A stretch of 64,000 nucleotides of DNA from a virus: positions 1 through 64,000 of the IMG/VR virus record IMGVR_UViG_3300035698_011202; one strand, 5' to 3'. A program made the position numbers and the translations under genes. This document shows positions 45,709 to 55,329 of the stretch, one piece after another. A model generated the notes under the pieces. The model did no database searches. It was not told the DNA's origin and worked only from the letters and a program-made list of their open reading frames with translations. Every line of letters begins with the position of its first letter. Position 1 is the stretch's first letter.

Positions 45709-47211
45709 ATGAGTTATACAAGTAAGACCTTTAACCAATTACAGGCTTCAGTTTTGAAGTCTATGGATGATTTAAATCTAGCACCTATAGAAATACTTTC
45801 GTTGACGAAGAACGCAGCTATGAATGCTGCCCAGCGTTACGCAGAAAAGTATTTGGAGGTATCGCTACGTCAAGGCGATCCTTCTCAGATGAAGCGGCTC
45901 CGAGCGTTTATGGATTCAGCTGGAAACTGTTGTTATGACTTCAATATAGTGGGGAGTCCCCACTCAGAAGAGGATGGTGAGTATCGGTTCACTTATAGCG
46001 TTGATTTTGACCGTCAGGACGGCCTGTACCTGCAAAAACGCTCAAAGCGAGGTGTCAGCCTTGGTCGAGTACTTGGTGACTTTGACGACGGCCTGATGCT
46101 CAATCTTCAATTCGATGGCGATACGTATATTCGCAGCTATCACGAGGTAGAAGCATTAAAAACTGAGGGTATGCCCCAAAGCGAGTTGATCAAGTACTTT
46201 GTCAACAAATTCAAAGCACAATCAAAAAATGCTTTTGTGTATTTCACAGACGTTAACATCGACCAACATTACAAATCTTTGTCTCAAGTGCGTGACTTAG
46301 ATACCTGTTTGAGTCGTAAAAACTCACACTACCATCGCAAGGTCAATGGCACCTATTACCACCCATTGCGAACATTAAACAAGTCGCCAAATGTCCGATT
46401 GGCTTTACTATCCAACACTCATCACAGCGAGTGGGAGGACGGCCAGTACCCCTTTGTGGGTCGTTGTTTAGTCAAGATGGACGAGCTAGGTAAGGTCACG
46501 GGTCTATCTCGTTACTATGGTCACGAAAAGTTCAGTCGTGATTCGCTAAGTCAAGCGTTTAACACTAGAGAAGGAGTGCAAGGCGGGGTATTTAAGGCGG
46601 TATATGATGACGAAAACGAATTGATTTTGTTTTTTGCTGACCAACTAACCTCAGATTCTGAAGAGAAAAATGCGGTTTCGTGGATAGATAATCCTAGTCC
46701 TAGATGGTTCGATATTCATGTAGGCCGCGAGTTTTCGTCCCTCAAGAATCGCAAAGATTTACTGGTAATGGGTAATACCAATCGCAGTTTTGGGGTCACG
46801 CCCAGCTTCGATGGCAGGGAAGTGACTACTTGTAGCAATGCTAAGTATGTGCGTAACGACAGACCTAAGCCCGATAAGTATAGCGACTACGTTTATAGCC
46901 TTGAGTATGGCGTAATCAGGGCCAGTAACTACGATTTGACGTTCAATATTGCGCTAAACGACTTTGTAGTAGACGGCGACATACTACACCGCTCAAATAC
47001 GGGGGATGGCATTACGCATTATCACGTAGAGAAAAACTTGTACGTACAAACTATCTTTCACGATTGGGTGTTACGTGACGAAGTGATACTTTTCTTTGTC
47101 GCATATAGCAGTTGCTATGTCCCGATAGATAATGACCTTGGCATCATATACGGTCAAGAAATGGGCACACGAGAACTTGAAGAATTAATAGCTGACACGA
47201 TTGCAGCATAG
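45709..47211 (+). CDS. Paralog of the upstream SCM-motif protein
   Basis: DTCLSR...HP...SPN...GR...YYGHE...FFAD aligns with upstream ORF; starts at TTGACGATG. Confidence 0.75.
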   Translation: MSYTSKTFNQLQASVLKSMDDLNLAPIEILSLTKNAAMNAAQRYAEKYLEVSLRQGDPSQMKRLRAFMDSAGNCCYDFNIVGSPHSEEDGEYRFTYSVDFDRQDGLYLQKRSKRGVSLGRVLGDFDDGLMLNLQFDGDTYIRSYHEVEALKTEGMPQSELIKYFVNKFKAQSKNAFVYFTDVNIDQHYKSLSQVRDLDTCLSRKNSHYHRKVNGTYYHPLRTLNKSPNVRLALLSNTHHSEWEDGQYPFVGRCLVKMDELGKVTGLSRYYGHEKFSRDSLSQAFNTREGVQGGVFKAVYDDENELILFFADQLTSDSEEKNAVSWIDNPSPRWFDIHVGREFSSLKNRKDLLVMGNTNRSFGVTPSFDGREVTTCSNAKYVRNDRPKPDKYSDYVYSLEYGVIRASNYDLTFNIALNDFVVDGDILHRSNTGDGITHYHVEKNLYVQTIFHDWVLRDEVILFFVAYSSCYVPIDNDLGIIYGQEMGTRELEELIADTIAA

Positions 47212-47222
47212 GAAAATTGACG

Positions 47223-48602
47223 ATGACATTTAAAACAGAATTAAAATTGATTGCTAACGAATCCAAGGTATTTCACAACACGGACGCTTTTTTACCCAGT
47301 GTGATATTGCCACAGATATGCCGCCATATCCGAGGCCATAACAGTGTTGGCGAAAAGAATTTCCTTAAAAACTGGCTTGAGCCAGCGTTCAAGAAGCTTG
47401 GCCTTGAGTTCACCAACGATGCCTTTGGTAACTATTACGTGCAAATAAAAGGCCCGCAAATGGAGCGAGTGCTGCACGTAGGCCACTTAGATACGGTCAG
47501 TAGTGCCAGTAATCTCAAGAAATACCAGAAAGTAATTATCGACAAAGATAACTTTATGACGCTAGACCATGCTCACTATGCAAGTCTCAAAGGGGCTGAT
47601 GCTTCTATGGGTGTGCTTGGCGCTGATGACGGCTCGGCTATCGCTGTAATGTTGTATTTGATGGCTAACGGAGTATCGGGCTGTTTTTTACTAACCAAAG
47701 CAGAAGAAATTGGATGCCTTGGTGCAAACTACATCGTAAAAAATCACCCTGAGTTCTTAGAAAAGTTCGATATTGCGCTAGAAGTTGACCGAGCAGACAC
47801 CTTCGAGCTTATCGCTGAGCAAAGTACAGGTAAGTGCGCCAGCCGTGGATTTACAAAAACACTAGCGGATGCAATCGGCATGAAGCACGAGCATTCGGAT
47901 GGAGGAATTATTACTGACCTTGGGAATTTTAATAACCTAATCAAAGAGGGAATTAACATAGCCGCTGGCTATTTATTTCAGCATTCCAGTGATGAGATTC
48001 AAGACATGCTTTACATTGAGATATTAGCTAAGCAGATGGCTAAGCTAGATTATGGCTCGTTGGTTGTATCCCGAAAAGTCACTGATTTAGGTGACACAGG
48101 TTGGGGTAACTATGGGGGTTATGGTGGTGGTTACAGTCGCTCCAAAAGCAGCTCAGGATTACACAAAAACTCTGGGTACAGGTACGACGATTATGAAGAT
48201 TACGATTACGATGGTTTTTTCTCTTCTAAACAGAAAAGCAAGACTGAGGATGTTAAAGGTATTTGCCCTGCGTTGCTGCAAAAAGACCCTGCGTTAGAAA
48301 CAGGGTTGAGCATAGATGACTTGACTTATGACGAGAAAACCGACCTGTACCAGAACCTTTCAGATTCTGATTGGTATTTTATGCTCAACGCTGATGCGAG
48401 GCGCGAGCTGATGCGTTTCGAATATCCAATTATAACGGGTGTTACGTGTGACAAATTACCCTATGCCGAACTCGTTGACTTTATTGCGTCAGACCCAGAG
48501 GCATTTGCTAACTATTTCATAGACCAAAAGCTCGACCTAGCGGTAGTTGGCGCGGATGATTATTTGCAAGATATTAACGATATATACGAAGGAAAATTAT
48601 AA
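47223..48602 (+). CDS. Zn-dependent peptidase, M28/M20-like
   Basis: HLDTV, LGADD, EEIG, EVDR, GY..QHS..E metal ligands; starts at TTGACGATG. Confidence 0.85.
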   Translation: MTFKTELKLIANESKVFHNTDAFLPSVILPQICRHIRGHNSVGEKNFLKNWLEPAFKKLGLEFTNDAFGNYYVQIKGPQMERVLHVGHLDTVSSASNLKKYQKVIIDKDNFMTLDHAHYASLKGADASMGVLGADDGSAIAVMLYLMANGVSGCFLLTKAEEIGCLGANYIVKNHPEFLEKFDIALEVDRADTFELIAEQSTGKCASRGFTKTLADAIGMKHEHSDGGIITDLGNFNNLIKEGINIAAGYLFQHSSDEIQDMLYIEILAKQMAKLDYGSLVVSRKVTDLGDTGWGNYGGYGGGYSRSKSSSGLHKNSGYRYDDYEDYDYDGFFSSKQKSKTEDVKGICPALLQKDPALETGLSIDDLTYDEKTDLYQNLSDSDWYFMLNADARRELMRFEYPIITGVTCDKLPYAELVDFIASDPEAFANYFIDQKLDLAVVGADDYLQDINDIYEGKL

Positions 48603-48850
48603 TGAGTAAATGTTCTAAGAAAGAAGGATGTAATTTGTTTTTCAACGGCGTGTGTCAGGCGCTTTGTGGTCAGCCACAAGACATTTTTGTGGCTGAGTTT
48701 AATAGAGCCAAAAAAACGGTGGCAGCGCCAGTGACGGGTGCTGGATTGTCAAGTACCGCGAACTGGTACAAGCCCAAGCCAGCCGTGGTCTATAAGCCGC
48801 GCCATGTCACTGCCAGTATCCGTACAAGACGCGACTATTTACCTGTATAA
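48602..48850 (+). CDS. Small Cys-rich hypothetical protein
   Basis: Coupled ORF with four N-terminal Cys. Confidence 0.55.
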   Translation: MSKCSKKEGCNLFFNGVCQALCGQPQDIFVAEFNRAKKTVAAPVTGAGLSSTANWYKPKPAVVYKPRHVTASIRTRRDYLPV

Positions 48851-48897
48851 TTAACTAACTGAGTGGGGAGTCCCCACTCAAAAACTAGGAATTGACG

Positions 48898-49149
48898 ATG
48901 AAACTAAATCACACCACTCCTGCTGTTGGTAGAAAATCCACGCGTGAAAATAAAGGTAGCACTCAGCTTTTTTTAGTGTTGTTTACTAATTTTAATGGGA
49001 TGAAAACCCAAGAAATTGTCAAAGCTTTTAGTTTTGACGAGCTACATTCTTGGATTGAGAAGTTCAAAGCGGATTATGGCCCCCGTATGACTCATAGTAT
49101 CCAACATATTAACAAAGCGCGTATAGCTGACAAAATAAATATTGCTTAA
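48898..49149 (+). CDS. Hypothetical protein
   Basis: Starts at TTGACGATG after palindrome. Confidence 0.65.
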   Translation: MKLNHTTPAVGRKSTRENKGSTQLFLVLFTNFNGMKTQEIVKAFSFDELHSWIEKFKADYGPRMTHSIQHINKARIADKINIA

Positions 49150-49180
49150 ATTAACACCACTCAAAAACTAGGAATTGACG

Positions 49181-49684
49181 ATGACATTAGCAGAACAAAT
49201 ATTAGATAGACTTTTCTCTTTAGACGAGCAGCAAAAGCAAATCCTCGAATTAATTAAGAACTTACCAGCGTCTAGGGACGCTGCATTTGAAGCTGAATTA
49301 CAAGCGATAGTCGAGCCTACGGTTTTACCGCTTATTGAGTTACCTGTGACGTTGCATGAAGCACCTGTGGCTCTTAAAAACTCCCGGCTACTTTTGAGCG
49401 ACATGACTAAAGGCACTAACGCCGCACTTGGCTTGCGATTGCTAAAAAAACACCCTGAAGTATTGGGTAGGATTATAAGGTTGCGTAGAGAAGGCTACTT
49501 GAACGATGACGTCTTTGAGTTTCTTAGCTCTGATTTTATAAATATTCACAAGGAATATCATATTGGAGCCATTATCACAGCGGCAACTCAGGTCAGGTTC
49601 ATGGTAGGACAGACCAAAAACCTAAAAGCCACGGCTGCTTATAGGCGCTTCATCAAAGATTGTGAAGCGGGTATTAAAGTATGA
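49181..49684 (+). CDS. Hypothetical protein
   Basis: Starts at TTGACGATG. Confidence 0.65.
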   Translation: MTLAEQILDRLFSLDEQQKQILELIKNLPASRDAAFEAELQAIVEPTVLPLIELPVTLHEAPVALKNSRLLLSDMTKGTNAALGLRLLKKHPEVLGRIIRLRREGYLNDDVFEFLSSDFINIHKEYHIGAIITAATQVRFMVGQTKNLKATAAYRRFIKDCEAGIKV

Positions 49685-49857
49685 GGCCCAAGTACGCGTT
49701 CACAGAAGAAGAGAAGGTGCATATCTTCAAGCTGCGTCGTGAAGGAACTTTTGCAGATGTGGTTGCCGCGTATCCTAAAAAAAGCCTAGTGAGTATTAAG
49801 CGGTTGATTATGCGAATGGGCTTGTCTTCCACCGATTCACCAAGGACATATTCATGA
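49681..49857 (+). CDS. 58-aa putative helical DNA-binding protein (not in ORF track)
   Basis: MRPKYAFTEEEKVHIFKLRREG...; ATGA overlaps at both ends. Confidence 0.6.
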   Translation: MRPKYAFTEEEKVHIFKLRREGTFADVVAAYPKKSLVSIKRLIMRMGLSSTDSPRTYS

Positions 49858-50114
49858 ATTATTTTACAGCTTGGTTTCGCCGTAAGAAGGGTACGGACAT
49901 GAATTTGCCTATAAATTTCCATCAAAAGTGGAAGGCGCGTATGCCTGATGTGGCTCAGATGATCCAGCAGGGTTTGTTGGTCAAGCACATTGCCAAACAT
50001 TACCAGTGTGCGCCTAGCACTGTTGTAGAGGCGGTAACTATGCACAGCATAGGTGTTAACCGGCTAAAGCAGAAGTTTAGAGCAGAGGGTACGTTATGCA
50101 AACAACTCTCGTAA
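49854..50114 (+). CDS. HTH-like protein
   Basis: GLLVKHIAKHYQCAPSTVVEAV. Confidence 0.6.
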   Translation: MNYFTAWFRRKKGTDMNLPINFHQKWKARMPDVAQMIQQGLLVKHIAKHYQCAPSTVVEAVTMHSIGVNRLKQKFRAEGTLCKQLS

Positions 50115-50254
50115 AGCATCAGTCCCAGAGATACTGGACAGAAAAAAATCGGTGTCTTGAGTGCGCGTATAGAACGCAGTTCTCAAGTCATCACTGCCAG
50201 ATTGTTATTAGCAAGCCTATGCAAAAATGCCCTTGGTTTAAGGAAAATTTATGA
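50096..50254 (+). CDS. 52-aa Cys-rich protein (not in ORF track)
   Basis: GAGGG RBS, CLEC...C...C, ATGA overlap with next gene. Confidence 0.55.
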   Translation: MQTTLVKHQSQRYWTEKNRCLECAYRTQFSSHHCQIVISKPMQKCPWFKENL

Positions 50255-50703
50255 AAGCGCGTAATAAAAAGTACAACCCGTTGCGGGTTGCTATTCTCAA
50301 AGCTGAAAGGGTACTGTCAGGTTATTGCATTATTAATGTGAATAACCAAGGCGGTGTGTGCCGGTTGTTGAAGCTAAACGGGGACGAGGTGATGGTCACG
50401 CAAGCAATTCACCACACCCTTACGTTAACCAAGTTCAACTGGTCAATTTATATGGCTGCTTTTGGTATTAATGGTACTGAAAATTACACTAAGTCTAAGA
50501 TTGCTATCTCTGATAAGCCCTACCTTCAGTCAGAGCTAATCGAGTTCTTAAACCATGAGCATCAAAAGATACTGAAAGGTTTCAATCCGTCGCAGTTGTG
50601 TGGGTTTGGTTGGATTGCCAGCCCCACAGGGCACGATTTCACAGAAGAACACGCCTACCAGCTTTTTGAGCGGTATGGTGCGTTTACGGAGTTAGCCGCA
50701 TGA
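50251..50703 (+). CDS. Hypothetical protein
   Basis: RNKKYNP N-terminus, GWIASP; AAGGA RBS. Confidence 0.7.
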   Translation: MKARNKKYNPLRVAILKAERVLSGYCIINVNNQGGVCRLLKLNGDEVMVTQAIHHTLTLTKFNWSIYMAAFGINGTENYTKSKIAISDKPYLQSELIEFLNHEHQKILKGFNPSQLCGFGWIASPTGHDFTEEHAYQLFERYGAFTELAA

Positions 50704-51029
50704 GTGACCTAGTGCAAATGCTCAGAAAACAAACCAAATTACACAGACTAGGCGGTGCAGTGCAATTAGGATATGTGTTTCTCAATGCAGCTAATAGAAT
50801 CGAGAAACTTGAAGAAGAAAACAGGAAGTTAATCCTTGCTAGAAACGAAAAGGGCGAGTTAAACGCTCAGCTTAAAAGCCAAGTGCTAAAACTTGAGACA
50901 CTGATTAACAGCCACCATAAAGTAGTAGAGAGTAATTTGCTTCGTGTGATTTTACAGCACGAAAATACGATTGACCAACTCAGGTCAGATTACAACGACT
51001 CAATGGAGTCTAACGGGGGTAGCTGTTGA
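50700..51029 (+). CDS. Coiled-coil hypothetical protein
   Basis: AANRIEKLE pattern typical of small phage early proteins. Confidence 0.65.
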   Translation: MSDLVQMLRKQTKLHRLGGAVQLGYVFLNAANRIEKLEEENRKLILARNEKGELNAQLKSQVLKLETLINSHHKVVESNLLRVILQHENTIDQLRSDYNDSMESNGGSC

Positions 51030-51157
51030 TTACCGACCAGCAGAAGGAGAAAGAATTAGCCTTGTACAACCAAGGTTATGAAAAAGGTGTAAAAGATACA
51101 GCTGTCAGCTGTGCTTATATTTTATTAATTGGATTTATGGTGCTGGCTTTTTTATAG
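51026..51157 (+). CDS. 43-aa membrane peptide (not in ORF track)
   Basis: TTGA overlap start, YNQGYEKG, C-terminal TM helix. Confidence 0.45.
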   Translation: MITDQQKEKELALYNQGYEKGVKDTAVSCAYILLIGFMVLAFL

Positions 51158-51184
51158 CTCACCCAAAACAACTTGGAATTGACG

Positions 51185-51679
51185 ATGACTTTTTATACAA
51201 AAGACGAACTGTATTGTAAATATGTAGAACTTATCCCTTCAGAAGAAGTGCATAACACGTTTATGCCTCTAATGGAAAAGTACCCTCGACTAATAGGACT
51301 GGACATGAAGACTTGTAATCTCATGGACCAGTTTCGTGACGACAAAAACCCTTCTGGCTATGGCATGGCAGATTGCTATTTGGTTGGTCGTAGCGAAGAG
51401 CAAAAAACAATGTTGTTTGTGTTTGGCTCCAAGACTGAAATAGTTGACGTAAGTGTCGCGTCTAACTATTTTCAAGGGTCTATGAGTGTGGCGGCATTAA
51501 GTGTGGCGTGTCAGATTTTGTGGCACAATCATCTGGCGGCATTTGCAGATTCTATGGGACAACATCTGCTTTCTTCTTGGGCAGCAGATATGTATTATGC
51601 TCTTAAAGATGTTGTTTACCTTGAAGCTCTAGGCTTATCAGACAACGACAGGTCAGCTATTGCTGGCTTCTTAGATTAA
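51185..51679 (+). CDS. Hypothetical protein, weak resemblance to ArdB/KlcA antirestriction fold
   Basis: YFQGSMSVAALSVACQIL...YYALKD...DRSAIAGFLD resembles the ArdB-type C-terminus; starts at TTGACGATG. Confidence 0.5.
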   Translation: MTFYTKDELYCKYVELIPSEEVHNTFMPLMEKYPRLIGLDMKTCNLMDQFRDDKNPSGYGMADCYLVGRSEEQKTMLFVFGSKTEIVDVSVASNYFQGSMSVAALSVACQILWHNHLAAFADSMGQHLLSSWAADMYYALKDVVYLEALGLSDNDRSAIAGFLD

Positions 51680-51695
51680 AAAATTGGAATTGACG

Positions 51696-51848
51696 ATGAA
51701 ACAATCATATGTATGGGTGCCCTCAAAAAACTTCTCTTCATTACTTAGCCTTTGTATCTATTCGATACCGCTGGGCGAGTACATTTTACGCCGTGAAGCT
51801 GTCGTAGACGAAACAGGTCAAGTGACACTAGCGGAGGATTTCGCATGA
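51696..51848 (+). CDS. 50-aa hypothetical protein (not in ORF track)
   Basis: Starts at TTGACGATG; ATGA overlap with next ORF. Confidence 0.65.
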   Translation: MKQSYVWVPSKNFSSLLSLCIYSIPLGEYILRREAVVDETGQVTLAEDFA

Positions 51849-52045
51849 CTGAAGCGGAAGAAATGGACTTGTATGGCGACTCTCGTAGCTCTTTTGAGGC
51901 GTACAGTTTCCAACTTTCCGTCGCCACGGTAAGACGTGAGCATGGAAGTAAAATTACAGGGGGGATGATAGAAATAGCTACACTAGTTAATTATCACTTT
52001 GCTCGAATGAAGCGATTAGAGGTCAAGCCAGAGACTGACGTTTAA
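51845..52045 (+). CDS. Hypothetical protein
   Basis: GGAGG RBS, coupled. Confidence 0.6.
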   Translation: MTEAEEMDLYGDSRSSFEAYSFQLSVATVRREHGSKITGGMIEIATLVNYHFARMKRLEVKPETDV

Positions 52046-52120
52046 GTTAGTCTCTTATCTTTTAACCCCGATGGTGCTTGTTGACGAACAGGCCGCGCCT
52101 ACTTGCGAAAGTGTAGGGCT

Positions 52121-52208
52121 TATTGAGTTGGTGACTTAGTTCAAGCGACGGTTTGAAGAGGTCTATGCGTGAAACGTGGTTCGACTCCACAAAGTCACCA
52201 ACTCAATA
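52121..52208 (+). ncRNA. tRNA-like structured RNA without an anticodon arm
   Basis: 17-bp closing stem, internal hairpin TTCAAGC-GACG-GTTTGAA, T-arm GTGG-TTCGACT-CCAC. Confidence 0.6.
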
Positions 52209-52254
52209 CGTTAAGCGTATTATTTTAGTAATTAACTACAATTAGGAATTGACG

Positions 52255-52434
52255 ATGAGAAATCATTTTGAACAAAACGAGTACGTCCGACTTGTTAACA
52301 GTCCCAGTAAAGTCTACGTGGTAATAGTCCAAAACGGGTCTAGGGTTTCGGTTAAACGTGAATACTACCAGACCCCAGAGGTCGTTGCGTTACGAAGCGA
52401 GATTATTGACCGAAGTTTATTGGAGCGCCTGTAA
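52255..52434 (+). CDS. Small SH3-like hypothetical protein
   Basis: Starts at TTGACGATG; F...EYVRL.....KVYVV. Confidence 0.6.
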   Translation: MRNHFEQNEYVRLVNSPSKVYVVIVQNGSRVSVKREYYQTPEVVALRSEIIDRSLLERL

Positions 52435-53090
52435 TGATAGTAGGAATTACAGGTAAGGCGGGTGTGGGGAAAGACACATTGTTCAAGCTTCTAGCGCCCA
52501 CCTACCCTAATGCTAAACGTTTTGCTTTTGCTGATGAGATTAAAGTGTTGTGCGCTTTGTACTTTGATTGGAAAGAGAGGCATTTAAACGGTTATTTAAA
52601 AGATAAACTAGTTCCCACCAATGGTTCAAAGATAGGGCATAGTCGTTTAAATGCTCGATTGCATATTCTAGCAAAGGCGGTGGGTTTATGTCCTGAGTTA
52701 GTGATTAAGCATTTTTTAGCCGCGTTTAAAATGTTCGAGTTGCGAGGACAGGTAATGCCGCGAGAAGTCATGCAGTATATGGGCACCGAGATAGGTAGAG
52801 TGCTATACACTGATTTTTGGGCCATTGTTTTAATGGCCCAGATACAAAAGTCAGTGGGGACTCCCCACCACTTTGTTACTGATGTTCGTTTCGACAGCGA
52901 GGCTTACGCTATCAAGGCGCAAGGTGGTGTAATTATTCAGATACATCGACCTAATGTACCGGATGTAAGAGAGCATTCATCCGAGTCAGGTGTCCATCTA
53001 ACGCTTATCGACCACATTATTATTAATAGCGAGGATGTGCATTTCTTCAAGCACCAAGCTTTGTCTTTTTTAGGGAAGTTCAATGCCTGA
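52434..53090 (+). CDS. Deoxynucleoside monophosphate kinase
   Basis: GKAGVGKDT P-loop, FADEIK, PREVMQYMGTE..R, TDVRF..E, H.SE. Confidence 0.9.
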   Translation: MIVGITGKAGVGKDTLFKLLAPTYPNAKRFAFADEIKVLCALYFDWKERHLNGYLKDKLVPTNGSKIGHSRLNARLHILAKAVGLCPELVIKHFLAAFKMFELRGQVMPREVMQYMGTEIGRVLYTDFWAIVLMAQIQKSVGTPHHFVTDVRFDSEAYAIKAQGGVIIQIHRPNVPDVREHSSESGVHLTLIDHIIINSEDVHFFKHQALSFLGKFNA

Positions 53091-53412
53091 GCTAACTCAG
53101 TTCTATGGAGCCTTGCAACAGGTAGCAGACTGCCAACTCAAAATGGTGCAGTTAACTAAAGAGTTCCAGGATTTAAAATCGACCTTGAAAATCGCTGTGG
53201 CCCACGTCAACAAGTTAAATCAACCTACCACTGCCCAAGAAAGAAAAGGCTTACCCCCCAAGGGGGCGCAGTACTTTACGCTTGGCTCATATTGGAAGGT
53301 AGACCAATTTAACAGGTTGATGCAGCACACAGGCACTGCTTGGGTTCGCTCACTTAGAGAGCGCAAGCACATCATTAATAAACCGCTTGTTATTTTTAGG
53401 AAAACAATATGA
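53083..53412 (+). CDS. Hypothetical protein
   Basis: Coupled ORF. Confidence 0.6.
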   Translation: MPELTQFYGALQQVADCQLKMVQLTKEFQDLKSTLKIAVAHVNKLNQPTTAQERKGLPPKGAQYFTLGSYWKVDQFNRLMQHTGTAWVRSLRERKHIINKPLVIFRKTI

Positions 53413-53558
53413 TAGTCACTACGCAAACTGCACAAGACCATATAAATTGGATGAACTATAAATTTAATAAATCTCGGATTTATTTAGGTGTAATTATATC
53501 TTTGCAAACCTCACAAGAGCAGTGGTGGAGACACACACAGCGCAATAAAAAGCCATGA
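53409..53558 (+). CDS. 49-aa hypothetical protein (not in ORF track)
   Basis: AGGA RBS, ATGA overlaps at both ends. Confidence 0.5.
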   Translation: MIVTTQTAQDHINWMNYKFNKSRIYLGVIISLQTSQEQWWRHTQRNKKP

Positions 53559-54169
53559 ACAAAGAGCAAAAGTTCCGTCTACGTACTAGTGTGCAGCAGT
53601 GGTCAAGAGAGTATCACGCGCCTTTTATTAGGCCACTGTACAAAGCCCTGTTAGAGCACTATCAAACGCATCATTCAGGCGTTAATTGGAATGTTGCTAT
53701 TGCTCAAGCCAGAGCAGACTTTATAGTAGCAAAGCGGTGGGGTGAGATGACTTGTAAGCAGCGTTCGGTTCGGTTGTATGTAGATGGACTAAACATAGAG
53801 CTTTCGTGTGCTACGGCAGCGTGGGCTTTGATATTTCCTGACTATCTACTGGTCACTTACCCCACGTTCCCTATAGGTAGGGCAGGTAAATTATCGGACG
53901 AATGGAGTCACAGCTGCAATCCTTTTTATTGGCAGCCGAGTCACCTGTGGCACTTGCCAGAGCACGTTTACTTAGCTATGGAAGGCGAGTATGGCCCTAG
54001 AAAAAAAGAGGCTTTAAATCCTAAGAAATACGAGGATTATTATGCGTTGCGAAAAACTTATTGTGAGTATTTCTGTAAATCATATAATCTTAATCCTGAA
54101 GTATTAACCCCTATAATTAACAAGGCAAGGCCGACGCTTCATATTGCGTCGATATTTGAGGTAAATTGA
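53555..54169 (+). CDS. Hypothetical protein, possible degenerate HNH-like fold
   Basis: SHSCNPFYWQPSHL resembles the H.C.N..C.NP.HL pattern. Confidence 0.5.
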   Translation: MNKEQKFRLRTSVQQWSREYHAPFIRPLYKALLEHYQTHHSGVNWNVAIAQARADFIVAKRWGEMTCKQRSVRLYVDGLNIELSCATAAWALIFPDYLLVTYPTFPIGRAGKLSDEWSHSCNPFYWQPSHLWHLPEHVYLAMEGEYGPRKKEALNPKKYEDYYALRKTYCEYFCKSYNLNPEVLTPIINKARPTLHIASIFEVN

Positions 54170-54381
54170 TGACTATAACTAAATTAGAGGGTGTAATGGT
54201 TCTAACTAAACGCTTAGGTAAAACACCCACCTTGGCGCTTGCACAAGAGCTTTTAGACGTGATGTTGGAACTAAATGAAGAGCACAGTGGGGTATTTGCT
54301 AAAGAACAACTTGATGGGGTAATTGAAGTCAGGGACAAGCTAAAAGAGCAAGAAGCTCAAACCAAGGAAAAGAGGCATTAA
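54166..54381 (+). CDS. Hypothetical protein
   Basis: GAGG RBS, coupled. Confidence 0.55.
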   Translation: MMTITKLEGVMVLTKRLGKTPTLALAQELLDVMLELNEEHSGVFAKEQLDGVIEVRDKLKEQEAQTKEKRH

Positions 54382-54415
54382 GCATCAATTAAGCGATATT
54401 CACGTAAAAATTGGG

Positions 54416-54610
54416 ATGACACTCGATTCTTACGTGCATTTTACATATAATGATGGGACTACCCAGCGTTTAATAGAACATTTAGGCGTTACTACCGGAG
54501 GCTGGAAGGCTTTATTGGCTGGGAAGCGAGAAATTACATTAACTGAGTTATTAAAACTTTCGGTTTGGTTTAAAACAGACTTAAACAAGATACTCACAGC
54601 AAACTTTTAA
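54416..54610 (+). CDS. XRE-like HTH protein
   Basis: EHLGVT......LLAGKREITLTELLKLSVWF. Confidence 0.65.
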   Translation: MTLDSYVHFTYNDGTTQRLIEHLGVTTGGWKALLAGKREITLTELLKLSVWFKTDLNKILTANF

Positions 54611-54625
54611 AATTTGGAATTGACG

Positions 54626-55321
54626 ATGATGAATCAAACAAGACAGTTGCCTTCGTATGGGTTACATACAAGCGATCAAGGTATTACCTACTTATTTCAA
54701 GACCTGTGCCCCTATGGTTGGGAGTTTTTAGGACTAAAAAATAGCCGTTCAAATCTGAGCGTCAAACACTTAAAAAACCAATGCCCCCACCAAATTAATA
54801 TGTACTTAGCCCAGCGTGTGCTTAGCAAAAAGGTTTGGGATTCGTTTTGCAGAATTATAAACGATCCTTTAGTCAGAGCTATGCTGCCTTTGCCTAACGG
54901 TAGGACGTATTCTTTTGACCAAAACTCAATAGAAAATTCAACCGAATGGTTTAGCTGCTTAGAGCGATTAGCGTCACCGTTACATACAGGTGTAAAGCCT
55001 TTTTGGGTAGACTCAAATCAAGCTATGGCTAGAAAGCTTACGCTAACAAATATACAGCCTTTGGTCTTAATGGATGTCAAAGCTGAGAATACATTGGATG
55101 TAAGAAGGCTACATGACCTAAATAAAACGTGTCCTAGAACCTTAATTATTAGCTGTACCGAGCAGCTAGTATTAACGCCTTCGGTAGAAGTTATTCAAAC
55201 ACAGCTAGAATCGTTAATATCCTTAAAAGATATGATTTCATTGCCATTAGAGCATATTGGTTCCTATTTAATTGCAGAGCATTGCAAGAGTACCCTTCAA
55301 TTAGAATCTATTACTAACTAG
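54626..55321 (+). CDS. Hypothetical protein
   Basis: Starts at TTGACGATG. Confidence 0.65.
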   Translation: MMNQTRQLPSYGLHTSDQGITYLFQDLCPYGWEFLGLKNSRSNLSVKHLKNQCPHQINMYLAQRVLSKKVWDSFCRIINDPLVRAMLPLPNGRTYSFDQNSIENSTEWFSCLERLASPLHTGVKPFWVDSNQAMARKLTLTNIQPLVLMDVKAENTLDVRRLHDLNKTCPRTLIISCTEQLVLTPSVEVIQTQLESLISLKDMISLPLEHIGSYLIAEHCKSTLQLESITN

Positions 55322-55329
55322 GAGAAAGT

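Noticed and set aside
45695-45711. TGA in TTGACGATG as the upstream stop codon (stop-start coupling)
   Set aside because: Upstream genes end at their own TAG/TAA before the motif, e.g. TAG at 45695-45697
52121-52208. Canonical tRNA
   Set aside because: No anticodon stem-loop and non-standard acceptor/CCA geometry
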